DNA of 64,000 nucleotides from a virus (lineage: Duplodnaviria; Caudoviricetes), in IMG/VR virus record IMGVR_UViG_3300037400_003633, positions 1-64,000 of that record. One strand, 5' to 3'. The notes beneath the pieces are model-generated. The model made no database searches. It had not been told where the DNA came from and worked only from the letters and a program-made list of their open reading frames with translations. Shown one piece after another: positions 53,318 to 62,860 of this stretch (its first letter is position 1; each line of letters opens with the position of its first letter). A program made the position numbers and the translations under genes.

Positions 53318-56300
53318 ATGATTTATATTAAATTATTTGAAACTCATAATGAGTATGAGTCTTATGTTGAAAGTGGGTTAACAAGACCAAATCTATCAGT
53401 ATGTAAAGACATACCAAAAGAGGTACATTATAATCCACGAAGGTGTGAAGAAACGACTTCATATGAAATAATTGGAGAGCCATCATACCCATCGACTGTT
53501 TTAGCTACTGCGACATCTTTTGTAATCAGTTTTGAGTATAAAAGGACTGACATCAATTACAGATGCATTAAATCTGTGACTCAAGGCAGTGATTCTGTTG
53601 AAGTCATTATAACGGAAAATCCTTCAACTGAAGAAAGGGTTGTCAGTGGAAATTGTAATTATCATGGTTTATCAATACCATATAGTGTTACTCAAGAAGG
53701 GTTATCTTATTCAGAAAGTTATTTGACATTTGATGTATTAACTTCAGGAACTATAAATTGGGTATCACAAAGTGGCGTAACTAAGACCATTTCATACAGT
53801 AAAGATTATGGTGAAACTTGGGTTGAAATAACGTCATCAGCAGATGGGTCTGCCATTAATGTGAATGCTGGTGACAAATTATTGATTAAGGGTAACAATG
53901 ACCAATATTCTATCGCTAAAGATGCTGGTTCTCGTTTTAGCGGGGATACTGCAAGATATGACGTATATGGTAATATAATGTCTCTTATTGGTGGTGATAA
54001 TTTTAAGAGTCTCAAGTCATTCAACGGAAAAACATGGGTATTTCATAACTTATTCAACGGTTCTGGTATAAAGTCAGCAGAGAATTTAATATTGCCAGTA
54101 ACTGAATTGACTGAATGTTGTTATCGTGCTATGTTTGCTGGTCTTTCAAATAATACTGGTGATAAGATATTAACTAAAGCTCCAAAAATTATTCCAGCAA
54201 CTACAATGGCAGTAAGTGCATGTTGCTACATGTTCCAAAATACGCTTATAACAGTTGCACCTGAACTTCCATGTAATGTATTGGCAGATTATTGTTATTA
54301 CAGGATGTTTTTCACTTCAAGTATAAATTACTTGAAATGTTTAGCAACAGATATTTCTGCGACTCAGTGTACATATGAATGGTGTAGAACAGTACCAAAA
54401 ACAGGTACATTCATTAAGCATCCATCAATGAATGATTGGGCAATAAACGATAAAAGTGGAATCCCACCAACTGATTGGACTGTAATAGACGATGTTTATG
54501 AAAAGTCAAACAGAAGCCTTAACACCTGGACATATGACAATAATGAAATTGAAGTGCCGTATTCCATCAATGCAGTAGACGGTCATTCAGCAAGTTATGC
54601 AAAGGGTACATTTGATTTTGAAACAAGTGTTAACCTTGATGAGTCTCAGCCAACTTATTTATGGTTTCAGCATGCAGACCAAACAGCAGACATCTATGTG
54701 GATGATACGAAGGTAGAAACCCACTGGGGAGGATACAATGCATTTTTTACTGACATATCAAATCATGTTCATAGTGGTACTAACGAAATAAGAGTTTCAT
54801 TGTGTAATACAACAAGAAATACACTTGCTCCAGCATCTGGTGATTTCAATTTCAATGCTACGTTGGGTAAGGTTAAACTATTAACAAGTCCTGTATTACC
54901 ATCAATGAATTATGGCTATGATGGATTCCACATCACATCAACTGTATCTTCAGCGTCTGCGACAATCAATGTTAAGACAAGCATACCAACAGGTGCAACT
55001 GTTGTGTGTAGTATCAGTGGCACTAACTGTAATTACAGTGAAACTAGTGCAAGCACTGGTTCTGAAATGATATTCACGACAACTATTGCAAATCCTCATC
55101 TTTGGAATGGTACAATTGACCCATATTTGTATATTGTAAAACTTGATGTATATTATAATGATGAATTATATCATAGTTACACAAGACCTTATGGATTGAG
55201 ATTCTATGAATATGTAATAAATGATACTGTAAAATATGGTACGGTATCTAATCCTTACACAGGTTTCTTGCTTAATGGACAGCCATATCTATTGAGAGGT
55301 GTTTGTATGCATGATGACGTTGAAGGAAGGGCAAATGCATTGTTGGATAGTGACTACGTACAAGAGTTCAATATAATTCAAGAACTTGGATGTAATTTCT
55401 TACGTCTTGCTCACTATCCTCATCCAAAGGAGGTATATGACAAGTGTGACGAATTAGGTATAGTTGTACAGACTGAAGTACCTTGTGTTGATAAACTACA
55501 AATGTCATTACCATCTGATTACTATGAGCACTTGAACGTACAATATGCAGATATGGTTAATCAGCATTATAACCACCCATGTATTATGTTCTGGGGACTA
55601 GGCAATGAGGCTAAAATTACTGATAGTGACGAAGGTAGGGAGTTTGCCAAAACCAAGCTTGAAGGTTATACAGCATTAATAAAAAATCTTGATTCAGAAC
55701 GTTTGGTTGGTATTGTTGCACACGCCCTTATTGACCCAAGTTCATATTTCGGAAATCCAGATATTGATTGGTTCGGATGCAACCATTATGTTGGATGGTA
55801 TCAAAGTAGAACATCAAGAAATCCTTCATCTGTTATAAACCGTTGCCTATCAAGTACAACTACAGAGTTAGGAAAAGCATTTGCATTATCAGAATATGGA
55901 GCTGGTGGCACACAAAATTGTCATTCTGAAACACCAAGTGATACAACTGATAAAGCATCAGCTGGAGCTAGACATGATATAGAATATCAAATGTGGATAC
56001 ATGAAGGACATATTGCTGCAATTAGAAATTATCCACAACTTATATTTACATCATTATGGCAATTATTCGATATTGCAGTGTCTTCCAGGGATGAAGGATA
56101 TACTATATGTATAGACGGAGAAAATACATATATTGACGACAATTTGAGATACATAAATGACAAAGGTATTGTGGAAAGAGACCACACAACCAAAAAAGAT
56201 ACATTCTATTTGTATAAGGCTGAGTGGAATACTGTTGATACATTTGTACACATTTGCGGAAAAAGTTTCTCAAAGACAACAAATAGGGTAATAAAATGTT

Positions 56301-57556
56301 ATACAAATGAAAGTGGTACGTTTACGCTGAAAGTAAACAATAACGTAGTAGCCACAGCAACATCATCAAATCATATTGTAACGTTTGCAGCACAGAATTT
56401 CAATAATGGTGATGTAATAGTAGTTGAAGGAAATACTACATCTGACACATTTACATTTATTTGTTCTCCAACAAGTACATATGAAATAGTAGGAACTCCT
56501 TCATACCCAAGTACAATTGAAGGTGATGATGTATCATTTGATATAACAGTTAATTACAGAAGGAGTGATACGGATTCAGCTTGTACAGAAACTGTAACAA
56601 CTGGAACTGATATAATAACTGTTGAATGTGGTGAAAACCCAAGTACTACTGATAGTAGGGCTATAAGTGGTACTGTTGATTATCACGGTAACACCATTGA
56701 ATATGATGTGACACAAGATGTTGGTGGCTTCAAGTTTAGAGGGGTATATGATGATAGTTCAATAAATAAAGTAGCCTGTGACAATAACCCAACATTAACA
56801 TCAGGAGAAACAAAGCCTAACGGATACACAGCATCTGCAATGACATCGGCAGAAATAGGAAATTGTGTAACAACAATAGGAGCTGATACGTTCAGAGATT
56901 GTAGCGGATTAACAAGTGTAACAATACCAACAAGCGTTACAAGCATCGGAGATAATGCTATAAGAAGTTGCACATCATTAAAATCTGTAACAATTCCAGG
57001 AAGTGTAACAAGTATAGGTTCAGCTGCATTCCGTTTCTCTACAGGGCTTACAAGCATAAGCATACCTGACAGTGTAACAAGTATCGGTAACGAAGCTTTC
57101 AGCTACTGTTATAGCCTTAAAAACACAACAATAGGTAGCGGTATAACAACTATCAGTGAAAGTGCATTCTATAATTGTAGAAAACTTGCAAGTATAACAA
57201 TTCCAAGCAATGTTACAAGTATCAGTGATAATGCGTTCAGAGATTGTAGCGTATTAACAAGTGTAACAATACCAACAAGTGTTACAAGCATCGGAGATAG
57301 GGCATTCTATAATTGTAAAGCACTTACAAGTATTACAATCCCTGATAGTGTTACAAGTATTGGTGGTAGTGCTTTCAATACTTGCAGTGCTCTCACAAGC
57401 GTGACAGTTAATGCTGTAACACCTCCAACACTTGGAACTTCAGTATTCAACACAACCAATGACTGCCCAATATATGTTCCGAGTGGTAGTGTAAGTGCAT
57501 ATAAGTCAGCAACCAATTGGAGCAATTATGCAAGTAGAATACAAGCAATACCTTAA
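53318..57556 (+). CDS. chimeric putative virion protein: LRR-like region + GH2 glycoside hydrolase + BspA-type LRR_5
   Basis: GH2 motifs LRGVCMHDD, NFLRLAHYPH, NHPCIMFWGLGNE, LSEYGAGG; C-terminal repeats LTSVTIP.SVTSIG..AF..C; APELP..LA..CY..MF repeats. Confidence 0.85.
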   Translation: MIYIKLFETHNEYESYVESGLTRPNLSVCKDIPKEVHYNPRRCEETTSYEIIGEPSYPSTVLATATSFVISFEYKRTDINYRCIKSVTQGSDSVEVIITENPSTEERVVSGNCNYHGLSIPYSVTQEGLSYSESYLTFDVLTSGTINWVSQSGVTKTISYSKDYGETWVEITSSADGSAINVNAGDKLLIKGNNDQYSIAKDAGSRFSGDTARYDVYGNIMSLIGGDNFKSLKSFNGKTWVFHNLFNGSGIKSAENLILPVTELTECCYRAMFAGLSNNTGDKILTKAPKIIPATTMAVSACCYMFQNTLITVAPELPCNVLADYCYYRMFFTSSINYLKCLATDISATQCTYEWCRTVPKTGTFIKHPSMNDWAINDKSGIPPTDWTVIDDVYEKSNRSLNTWTYDNNEIEVPYSINAVDGHSASYAKGTFDFETSVNLDESQPTYLWFQHADQTADIYVDDTKVETHWGGYNAFFTDISNHVHSGTNEIRVSLCNTTRNTLAPASGDFNFNATLGKVKLLTSPVLPSMNYGYDGFHITSTVSSASATINVKTSIPTGATVVCSISGTNCNYSETSASTGSEMIFTTTIANPHLWNGTIDPYLYIVKLDVYYNDELYHSYTRPYGLRFYEYVINDTVKYGTVSNPYTGFLLNGQPYLLRGVCMHDDVEGRANALLDSDYVQEFNIIQELGCNFLRLAHYPHPKEVYDKCDELGIVVQTEVPCVDKLQMSLPSDYYEHLNVQYADMVNQHYNHPCIMFWGLGNEAKITDSDEGREFAKTKLEGYTALIKNLDSERLVGIVAHALIDPSSYFGNPDIDWFGCNHYVGWYQSRTSRNPSSVINRCLSSTTTELGKAFALSEYGAGGTQNCHSETPSDTTDKASAGARHDIEYQMWIHEGHIAAIRNYPQLIFTSLWQLFDIAVSSRDEGYTICIDGENTYIDDNLRYINDKGIVERDHTTKKDTFYLYKAEWNTVDTFVHICGKSFSKTTNRVIKCYTNESGTFTLKVNNNVVATATSSNHIVTFAAQNFNNGDVIVVEGNTTSDTFTFICSPTSTYEIVGTPSYPSTIEGDDVSFDITVNYRRSDTDSACTETVTTGTDIITVECGENPSTTDSRAISGTVDYHGNTIEYDVTQDVGGFKFRGVYDDSSINKVACDNNPTLTSGETKPNGYTASAMTSAEIGNCVTTIGADTFRDCSGLTSVTIPTSVTSIGDNAIRSCTSLKSVTIPGSVTSIGSAAFRFSTGLTSISIPDSVTSIGNEAFSYCYSLKNTTIGSGITTISESAFYNCRKLASITIPSNVTSISDNAFRDCSVLTSVTIPTSVTSIGDRAFYNCKALTSITIPDSVTSIGGSAFNTCSALTSVTVNAVTPPTLGTSVFNTTNDCPIYVPSGSVSAYKSATNWSNYASRIQAIP

Positions 57557-57572
57557 GTAATGTATTGTTAAA

Positions 57573-57607
57573 AAAGAAAGGAGACTGGTCATAGGTCTCC
57601 TTTTCTT
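57573..57607. terminator. bidirectional intrinsic terminator
   Basis: AAAAGAAAGGAGAC/GTCTCCTTTTCTT between convergent genes. Confidence 0.75.
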
Positions 57608-57626
57608 ATTTTGTTAGTGAAAAATA

Positions 57627-58631
57627 TTAAAGATGCTTAATTTTGTTTATTTTCTCTTGTTCTTTCTTTATTTTCTCTTTTAATGTATCAATGGCTAGTT
57701 TCTTTGCTTCTTGTTTGCTGAGGCAGAGAACAAAGTCTGTATAGAGTGGTTCTTTTCCCTCGCTATGCAGTGATACTGTTGGGAACATAATTTGTTTTGC
57801 GGTTGTGCTCTTTATCTGTGAGTGTTGTATATAGAAGCATTTACCGCCACCACAAGAGACTGCACAGTATGCCTTTGACAGTCCTGTGTTATCAAAGTAG
57901 CCTGGATTGGGTATTGTTGCGAAGTTTCCTGACTTAGAGTTTACCACGTAGACTGGCACTGTCAGTTTCTTTATTGGTTTTTCTCCCACAGCAAACTTAT
58001 GAAGGTCTCCGAATGTGAGCTTTCCTCTTTCCTTATAGACAGGCATATCGTTTGGTATGATTTCCGTCATATATTTCTTGATATGTTTCTCAAGCTCTTG
58101 TTTAGTGAGTTCTCCGAAGTCATCTGGCATATCGAATCCATAGTCATAAGTGTATGTACTGTTACACTCAACACGTCTTGGGTTTTTCCAGTTTGGTTTC
58201 TTGATAAGTTCTCCAACACTGACGTTTATCTTATTTGGTCTGTAGTCTTGAGGTGTTGTCTGGTTGGAGATATAGAGTGATATATTATTTCTCTTGAGGT
58301 AGACGTGCATGAGGTCTCCTGGTTTTCCTTCCTTCTTGTATACTTTAAATCCACATGACTCAAGGAACTTGATATTGTTATCAAGTGCTGTGTCTAGATA
58401 TATTGGAAGGTACTGGATAGTTGTCCTGAGTTTTGTCATTTCCTCGTCTGTGAGGTTATAGTAATGGTCTCGTGTGAACAGTCTATTATATACATCCAAT
58501 GGACTTTCTCCCCATCTTGACTTAAATGGGTTATCATAGACGTAGCCATTATTCCCTTGTAGTGGCTGTCCGTATGGTAGGCTTTCCACCCACTCATTTG
58601 CATTATTAAAATATGGTACGTTATTTTTCAT
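57627..58631 (-). CDS. hypothetical protein
   Basis: 334-aa ORF. Confidence 0.75.
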   Translation of the reverse strand: MKNNVPYFNNANEWVESLPYGQPLQGNNGYVYDNPFKSRWGESPLDVYNRLFTRDHYYNLTDEEMTKLRTTIQYLPIYLDTALDNNIKFLESCGFKVYKKEGKPGDLMHVYLKRNNISLYISNQTTPQDYRPNKINVSVGELIKKPNWKNPRRVECNSTYTYDYGFDMPDDFGELTKQELEKHIKKYMTEIIPNDMPVYKERGKLTFGDLHKFAVGEKPIKKLTVPVYVVNSKSGNFATIPNPGYFDNTGLSKAYCAVSCGGGKCFYIQHSQIKSTTAKQIMFPTVSLHSEGKEPLYTDFVLCLSKQEAKKLAIDTLKEKIKKEQEKINKIKHL

Positions 58632-58719
58632 TTGGAAAATATAGTTTTATATCTGACGTTGTGTTCTTTTTTATTCTCTCGTAGAGGTCAATTCTACAGA
58701 CTCTGCATGTGCCATATGT

Positions 58720-59118
58720 TTATAATTTCAATAGTTTCTTTTTTACTTCCAATATTTTACTTATACGGTCTTCTAATACTCTGATGTCGTGTTGGATTTC
58801 ACTTGTTTCTCCAGTAAGGAATTGATTGGCTAGCTTGATAGTTTCTCCTTTCGTTGTACCGATGAAAGTGAATACTCCCCATACAAACTGGTTCATAAGC
58901 ACATTATCACTAAGTCTTTGTTGGTCACGCTTATGTGCGCTTGCGCCACTATCCTCATCAAACATTAAGTGACCATTCTCAAGGTCTAGTACGGTATCAC
59001 ATGTCCAAGTAGTACTGTCAACATAGTCTCTAGTGACTTTTGTCCATTCAGCTTTTTCTACTTTTTCACCGTTAACTTGTAGGAAAAAGACTTTAGTACC
59101 TTTTTTGATATTAAGCAT
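58720..59118 (-). CDS. hypothetical protein (F-x2-LK-x-GD-like family)
   Basis: LNIKKGTKVFFLQV...IGTTKGETI. Confidence 0.65.
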   Translation of the reverse strand: MLNIKKGTKVFFLQVNGEKVEKAEWTKVTRDYVDSTTWTCDTVLDLENGHLMFDEDSGASAHKRDQQRLSDNVLMNQFVWGVFTFIGTTKGETIKLANQFLTGETSEIQHDIRVLEDRISKILEVKKKLLKL

Positions 59119-59145
59119 ATTTTATCGTTTTATTGTTTCTGGTGG

Positions 59146-59194
59146 CAAATTTAGATAAAAAAAATGAGATAGCAAAAAAACTACCTCATTTTTT
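59146..59194 (-). promoter_or_regulatory. terminator-promoter cassette
   Basis: Minus strand hairpin AAAATGAG/CTCATTTT with TTTG in loop, N19, TAAATTTG. Confidence 0.7.
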
Positions 59195-59216
59195 AACGTA
59201 ATTTAAATGATAGCCC

Positions 59217-59555
59217 TTATCTTCTACTAGTCTGGTCATAGTACTTATTATTTTTTCTCATTTCTTGTTTTATTTTCTCATTTTGGCTTGGTGGTCTGGT
59301 AGTCCAGAATATATAGTCTGTTTCAGGCATGGACATAAGTTCTCTATATGGGATGTATTTATTCTTCCCACATTTTTCGCAGTAATAGAAAGCCCCAGTG
59401 TTGCTTCCATTCTCCCCATCATAGAGCCACTTATGTTTGCATTCATTTTGGTTAATGAATGTGTTTTTATTTTCTGGCTGTGATGAAGCTGCTATTACCA
59501 TTATTATCACACCAAAAAGGCAACATGCCAGCACACCTATTATTTCATTCTCCAT
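59217..59555 (-). CDS. membrane-anchored hypothetical protein with Zn-finger-like motif
   Basis: TM segment then CKHKW...CEKCG. Confidence 0.6.
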   Translation of the reverse strand: MENEIIGVLACCLFGVIIMVIAASSQPENKNTFINQNECKHKWLYDGENGSNTGAFYYCEKCGKNKYIPYRELMSMPETDYIFWTTRPPSQNEKIKQEMRKNNKYYDQTSRR

Positions 59556-60012
59556 GTTTTTTAATATAGATATATCGTGGGTATCTTCCAAGCACAAATA
59601 ATGTAACTGGACAAATCCACATATTTGTTATATTGATTGTTCCATCTTCGTCTTTGTCAACTTTTGTATAATTTCTGCCCCATAATATTTTGTCTTTCAG
59701 TGAGTATTTTGATACATTTTCTGCCACATATGTATCATATTTCTTTGCCTCTTCTTCACTGATTGGCTTCTTTGATGCGATTATGTCAACGGTTACTTTA
59801 CTTTTTCCCAGAGCATAATGAGTACAAAGGTTATCAGCCCCTGCAACCATTTCCAGGTTTCCTTCTTCAAATCCCCAGTTCTTGAAGTCATAGAACCACC
59901 TTCTCCTATGAACAAGTCCATCGAATTTGGAATAGAATGACAGGGTGTAATGTTTTCTGCGAAATATTACGTTTTTTATTAATTTAAGTATTGTTGTTAT
60001 TTTCTTTATCAT
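59545..60012 (-). CDS. conserved hypothetical protein (DUF6717-like)
   Basis: NLEMVAGADNLC...MWICPVTLFVLGRYPRYIY; family name from memory. Confidence 0.55.
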   Translation of the reverse strand: MIKKITTILKLIKNVIFRRKHYTLSFYSKFDGLVHRRRWFYDFKNWGFEEGNLEMVAGADNLCTHYALGKSKVTVDIIASKKPISEEEAKKYDTYVAENVSKYSLKDKILWGRNYTKVDKDEDGTINITNMWICPVTLFVLGRYPRYIYIKKHGE

Positions 60013-60025
60013 AGTTCAAATATCT

Positions 60026-60472
60026 TTAGCAAAGTGCCATTGAAGCGAACTCTTCGGTAAGCTCTTCTTCTTTTGTGTCAATGAGTTCAAGTGCAGAGCC
60101 AGCAAGAAGAAGCCCTGTTTCCGATTCACTTACTCTTTTCCTGATAATATCCAAGACTTTGAGTTTTTCATACACAAGCCTTTGTGCTTCTTCAACACAC
60201 GTTTCTTTTGAAGTAGAGTAAATATCAAATGACAGGTTTATCTCATCTTCTGGTTTTGTATTTCTGACGTGATATGATGAATCAGTATTGGTATATATTG
60301 CATCCCCACCCTGGAATCTTATCATAATCCTGCTCATATCGGCAGTCCTTATTATACCAGTAACAGTTTTCTCTTGCATACAATGGTTTTTTATCTCCTG
60401 TATATCAGAGTCTATCATGCTTATACAATATAACTTATCACCTTCTTTTAAATTTATGAAATTCTTTCCCAT
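60026..60472 (-). CDS. tandem paralog (F-x2-LK-x-GD family)
   Basis: FINLKEGDKLYCI...ELTEEFASMALC. Confidence 0.7.
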   Translation of the reverse strand: MGKNFINLKEGDKLYCISMIDSDIQEIKNHCMQEKTVTGIIRTADMSRIMIRFQGGDAIYTNTDSSYHVRNTKPEDEINLSFDIYSTSKETCVEEAQRLVYEKLKVLDIIRKRVSESETGLLLAGSALELIDTKEEELTEEFASMALC

Positions 60473-60484
60473 TATGTTTATTTT

Positions 60485-60955
60485 TTATGCCAGTGCCATT
60501 TCAGCAAATTCCTCAGTTAGTTCCTCGTGTTCATCTTTCATGAATTCGAGGTGTGAATCAAGTTTATCAAATACGTTTACGCTTGCTATTATGTAGTCTT
60601 CCAACTGAATAATTTTCTTGTTATATTCAATATTTCTTTTCTTTAGGTATTCTCTAGTTGCTTCAATACATCTTCTCTCTGATGTGGCGTATATATTGGC
60701 AATAACTGGAGAAATGCCTGTTGAATTATTAGTTGGTTCTGCGACGAATGTATCATCACTTCTACTAACAGTTATCATTGAGAAGTCACTAAGTGTTAAT
60801 GCCACAAGTTCTTCATCAAAGCAATCATCAAATGCTGACCTCACTGTTCGTTCCCTGACAAATTCACCATTTCTGTCATACAATAATGTAGAAGAACCTA
60901 TCTTTATCAGATATATTTTATCGTCTTTTTTTAGACTATTGAATGTTTTTTCCAT
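60485..60955 (-). CDS. tandem paralog (F-x2-LK-x-GD family)
   Basis: FNSLKKDDKIYLI...ELTEEFAEMALA. Confidence 0.7.
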   Translation of the reverse strand: MEKTFNSLKKDDKIYLIKIGSSTLLYDRNGEFVRERTVRSAFDDCFDEELVALTLSDFSMITVSRSDDTFVAEPTNNSTGISPVIANIYATSERRCIEATREYLKKRNIEYNKKIIQLEDYIIASVNVFDKLDSHLEFMKDEHEELTEEFAEMALA

Positions 60956-60960
60956 AAGCT

Positions 60961-61425
60961 TTACAGTGGCATTTCGGCAAACTCTTCCATAGTATCAGGC
61001 ATATCTGCGTCTTTTAGTGACTCATTTATTTTCGAAACCATGTTGTTATTTGATATAATCTGCTCTTGCATTCTATCTATAATTCTCCTCTGTATGACGG
61101 AAGATGAATCTATGATGTTTTTTGCCCTTTCCAAACAGGCTCTCTTTGTTGTTGCATAAATCTTAGAATTGATTCTACCTTGACCAGTTGAATCGTATGA
61201 TTCTATTGTTACATGTGATTGCAATGAGGAATTGGGGTAGAACACTCCACCATTGTTTTCAAGTGTAACACACATAGAGTTGCCATAATCGCCAGAACTG
61301 TTTGTCCTTCCTCTAACTTTCTCGATACTTATAAATGAATTATCAAGATTCGATTTAAATTTCGAGTCTTTTATTGAGATAGTGTATATTTTATCTCCAG
61401 CGTGTATGTCACTAAAATTTTTCAT
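60961..61425 (-). CDS. tandem paralog (F-x2-LK-x-GD family)
   Basis: FSDIHAGDKIYTI...TMEEFAEMPL. Confidence 0.7.
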   Translation of the reverse strand: MKNFSDIHAGDKIYTISIKDSKFKSNLDNSFISIEKVRGRTNSSGDYGNSMCVTLENNGGVFYPNSSLQSHVTIESYDSTGQGRINSKIYATTKRACLERAKNIIDSSSVIQRRIIDRMQEQIISNNNMVSKINESLKDADMPDTMEEFAEMPL

Positions 61426-61426
61426 A

Positions 61427-61915
61427 TTACAAAGCCATTTCAGCAAATTCAACTTCAGACATAGCATTCTCTTTTGAATCATCGTATGCTAATTCATACA
61501 ATGGTTCTATTTTACCAGCACTAATAATACCTTGATTAATGAGAATCAATGTTTCTCTCCTTAATTCAGAGAGTTGCTGTTGTTTACTCTTCAACCTGGT
61601 TAGCGCTGCTTCAAGAACTTTTTTCCTGGATGGTGAATAGAACTCAGTAAACACACCTATTGGTGAGTCAACATTCGCCTGAGGCTTTTTATCTACGGAT
61701 ATTGAAATGGCATTCATATTGACCTCAGCATGTGTTCTATCGTCGAATGTGAGCCTCAACGTATAGAAATTATTCCACTGTTGCCTTTTCTCAACTTTCA
61801 GCAGCTCAATAAAGCCACCATTTTCATCCTCGACAAGCTTAGAATTGGCAATTCTTATCCTATAGACCTTGTCACCTTCCTTAATGTTTCTAAACGTTTT
61901 CTCAATTTTATCCAT
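61427..61915 (-). CDS. tandem paralog (F-x2-LK-x-GD family)
   Basis: FRNIKEGDKVYRI...SEVEFAEMAL. Confidence 0.7.
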   Translation of the reverse strand: MDKIEKTFRNIKEGDKVYRIRIANSKLVEDENGGFIELLKVEKRQQWNNFYTLRLTFDDRTHAEVNMNAISISVDKKPQANVDSPIGVFTEFYSPSRKKVLEAALTRLKSKQQQLSELRRETLILINQGIISAGKIEPLYELAYDDSKENAMSEVEFAEMAL

Positions 61916-62699
61916 ATACTAATTCTGCTTTTTTCCAGTTTCTAGTCCAATGTTCATCAGTCTGTACATGGTTTGCTCTTACATACTTACAGACATGATT
62001 AGGGAAGTCTTCACCACTGAATCCGCTTGTTGCTCTCATTACGATTCCTTCTTTAGTAGTCCCATATGCTGAAGGCTTCTTCATTTCCTTTAATATAAGG
62101 TCTCTTATTTGCTCCTCAGTCTGCGCAACGCCTCTCCACAGTACTGGCACTGCTGGTATTTCCATTACCTTCGAAATGAACATTACATCATCCCACTCCC
62201 ACCACTCGTCTACTATGTCGCTATATGCAGCGAACAAATGGAAATAGCTTTTTAGAGCATCATAATGTATTGAGTGCTCTCCATATAGATTTTCACCGAA
62301 GATATAGAGTCCGTTGTCTATAAGCCCTTTAACCTTCCAGTATAATCCATCATTACCCCAAAGGTTAATTGACCAAGGAGAGCGTGTTTCTGCTGCATGC
62401 GAACGTGCAAACACCCCATTATTTGTCATGCAGGTGTTCTCCCCATCAAGTTTCTCAGTGAGGATTATTTCCTTTCCTCGATAGTATTCAAACCACCCAT
62501 CTTTGAGCTTCTTATCATCTTTTGTGGCCCCAGGTGAGAATGGCATGTGATATGTCCTTGGATATTTCATAAGCTTTCTATCCATGATATGATGGGCATC
62601 AACTGCATCCTCATTACATCCTGGAACACAGCATTTTCCATCAGTTCTCGCAAACACCTGTTTCTTGAACTCTTCTCTCGTTAATAGCTTTCTCCACAT
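61908..62699 (-). CDS. RNA ligase family protein preceded in frame by a 43-aa HNH-like stub
   Basis: KYPRTYHMPFSPG, motif I TEKLDGENT, FGENL, EGIV, KYVR; internal ATG at 62570; stub CCVPGC..AVDAHHI. Confidence 0.8.
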   Translation of the reverse strand: MWRKLLTREEFKKQVFARTDGKCCVPGCNEDAVDAHHIMDRKLMKYPRTYHMPFSPGATKDDKKLKDGWFEYYRGKEIILTEKLDGENTCMTNNGVFARSHAAETRSPWSINLWGNDGLYWKVKGLIDNGLYIFGENLYGEHSIHYDALKSYFHLFAAYSDIVDEWWEWDDVMFISKVMEIPAVPVLWRGVAQTEEQIRDLILKEMKKPSAYGTTKEGIVMRATSGFSGEDFPNHVCKYVRANHVQTDEHWTRNWKKAELVYG

Positions 62700-62859
62700 T
62701 TTTATTCCACTTCTCTAGTGCTTTTGTTTCATCACTATTGAGGCACATTATTATTTCGTGCTTCAATTTCTCAATCTCGATATCAGTTTTCAATGTTTCT
62801 ATTCTAACACCAAGAATGAGTATGATGAATAGCTGTAGCAGTATTATCTTATTCTTCAC
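62641..62859 (-). CDS. small membrane-anchored hypothetical protein
   Basis: 72-aa ORF, hydrophobic N-terminus. Confidence 0.5.
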   Translation of the reverse strand: MKNKIILLQLFIILILGVRIETLKTDIEIEKLKHEIIMCLNSDETKALEKWNKNVEKAINERRVQETGVCEN

Positions 62860-62860
62860 G

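Noticed and set aside
56830-57550. DGR variable/template repeat in the LRR region
   Set aside because: Repeats are ordinary 23-aa LRR units differing at all base types, not adenine-specific; no reverse transcriptase in the window.
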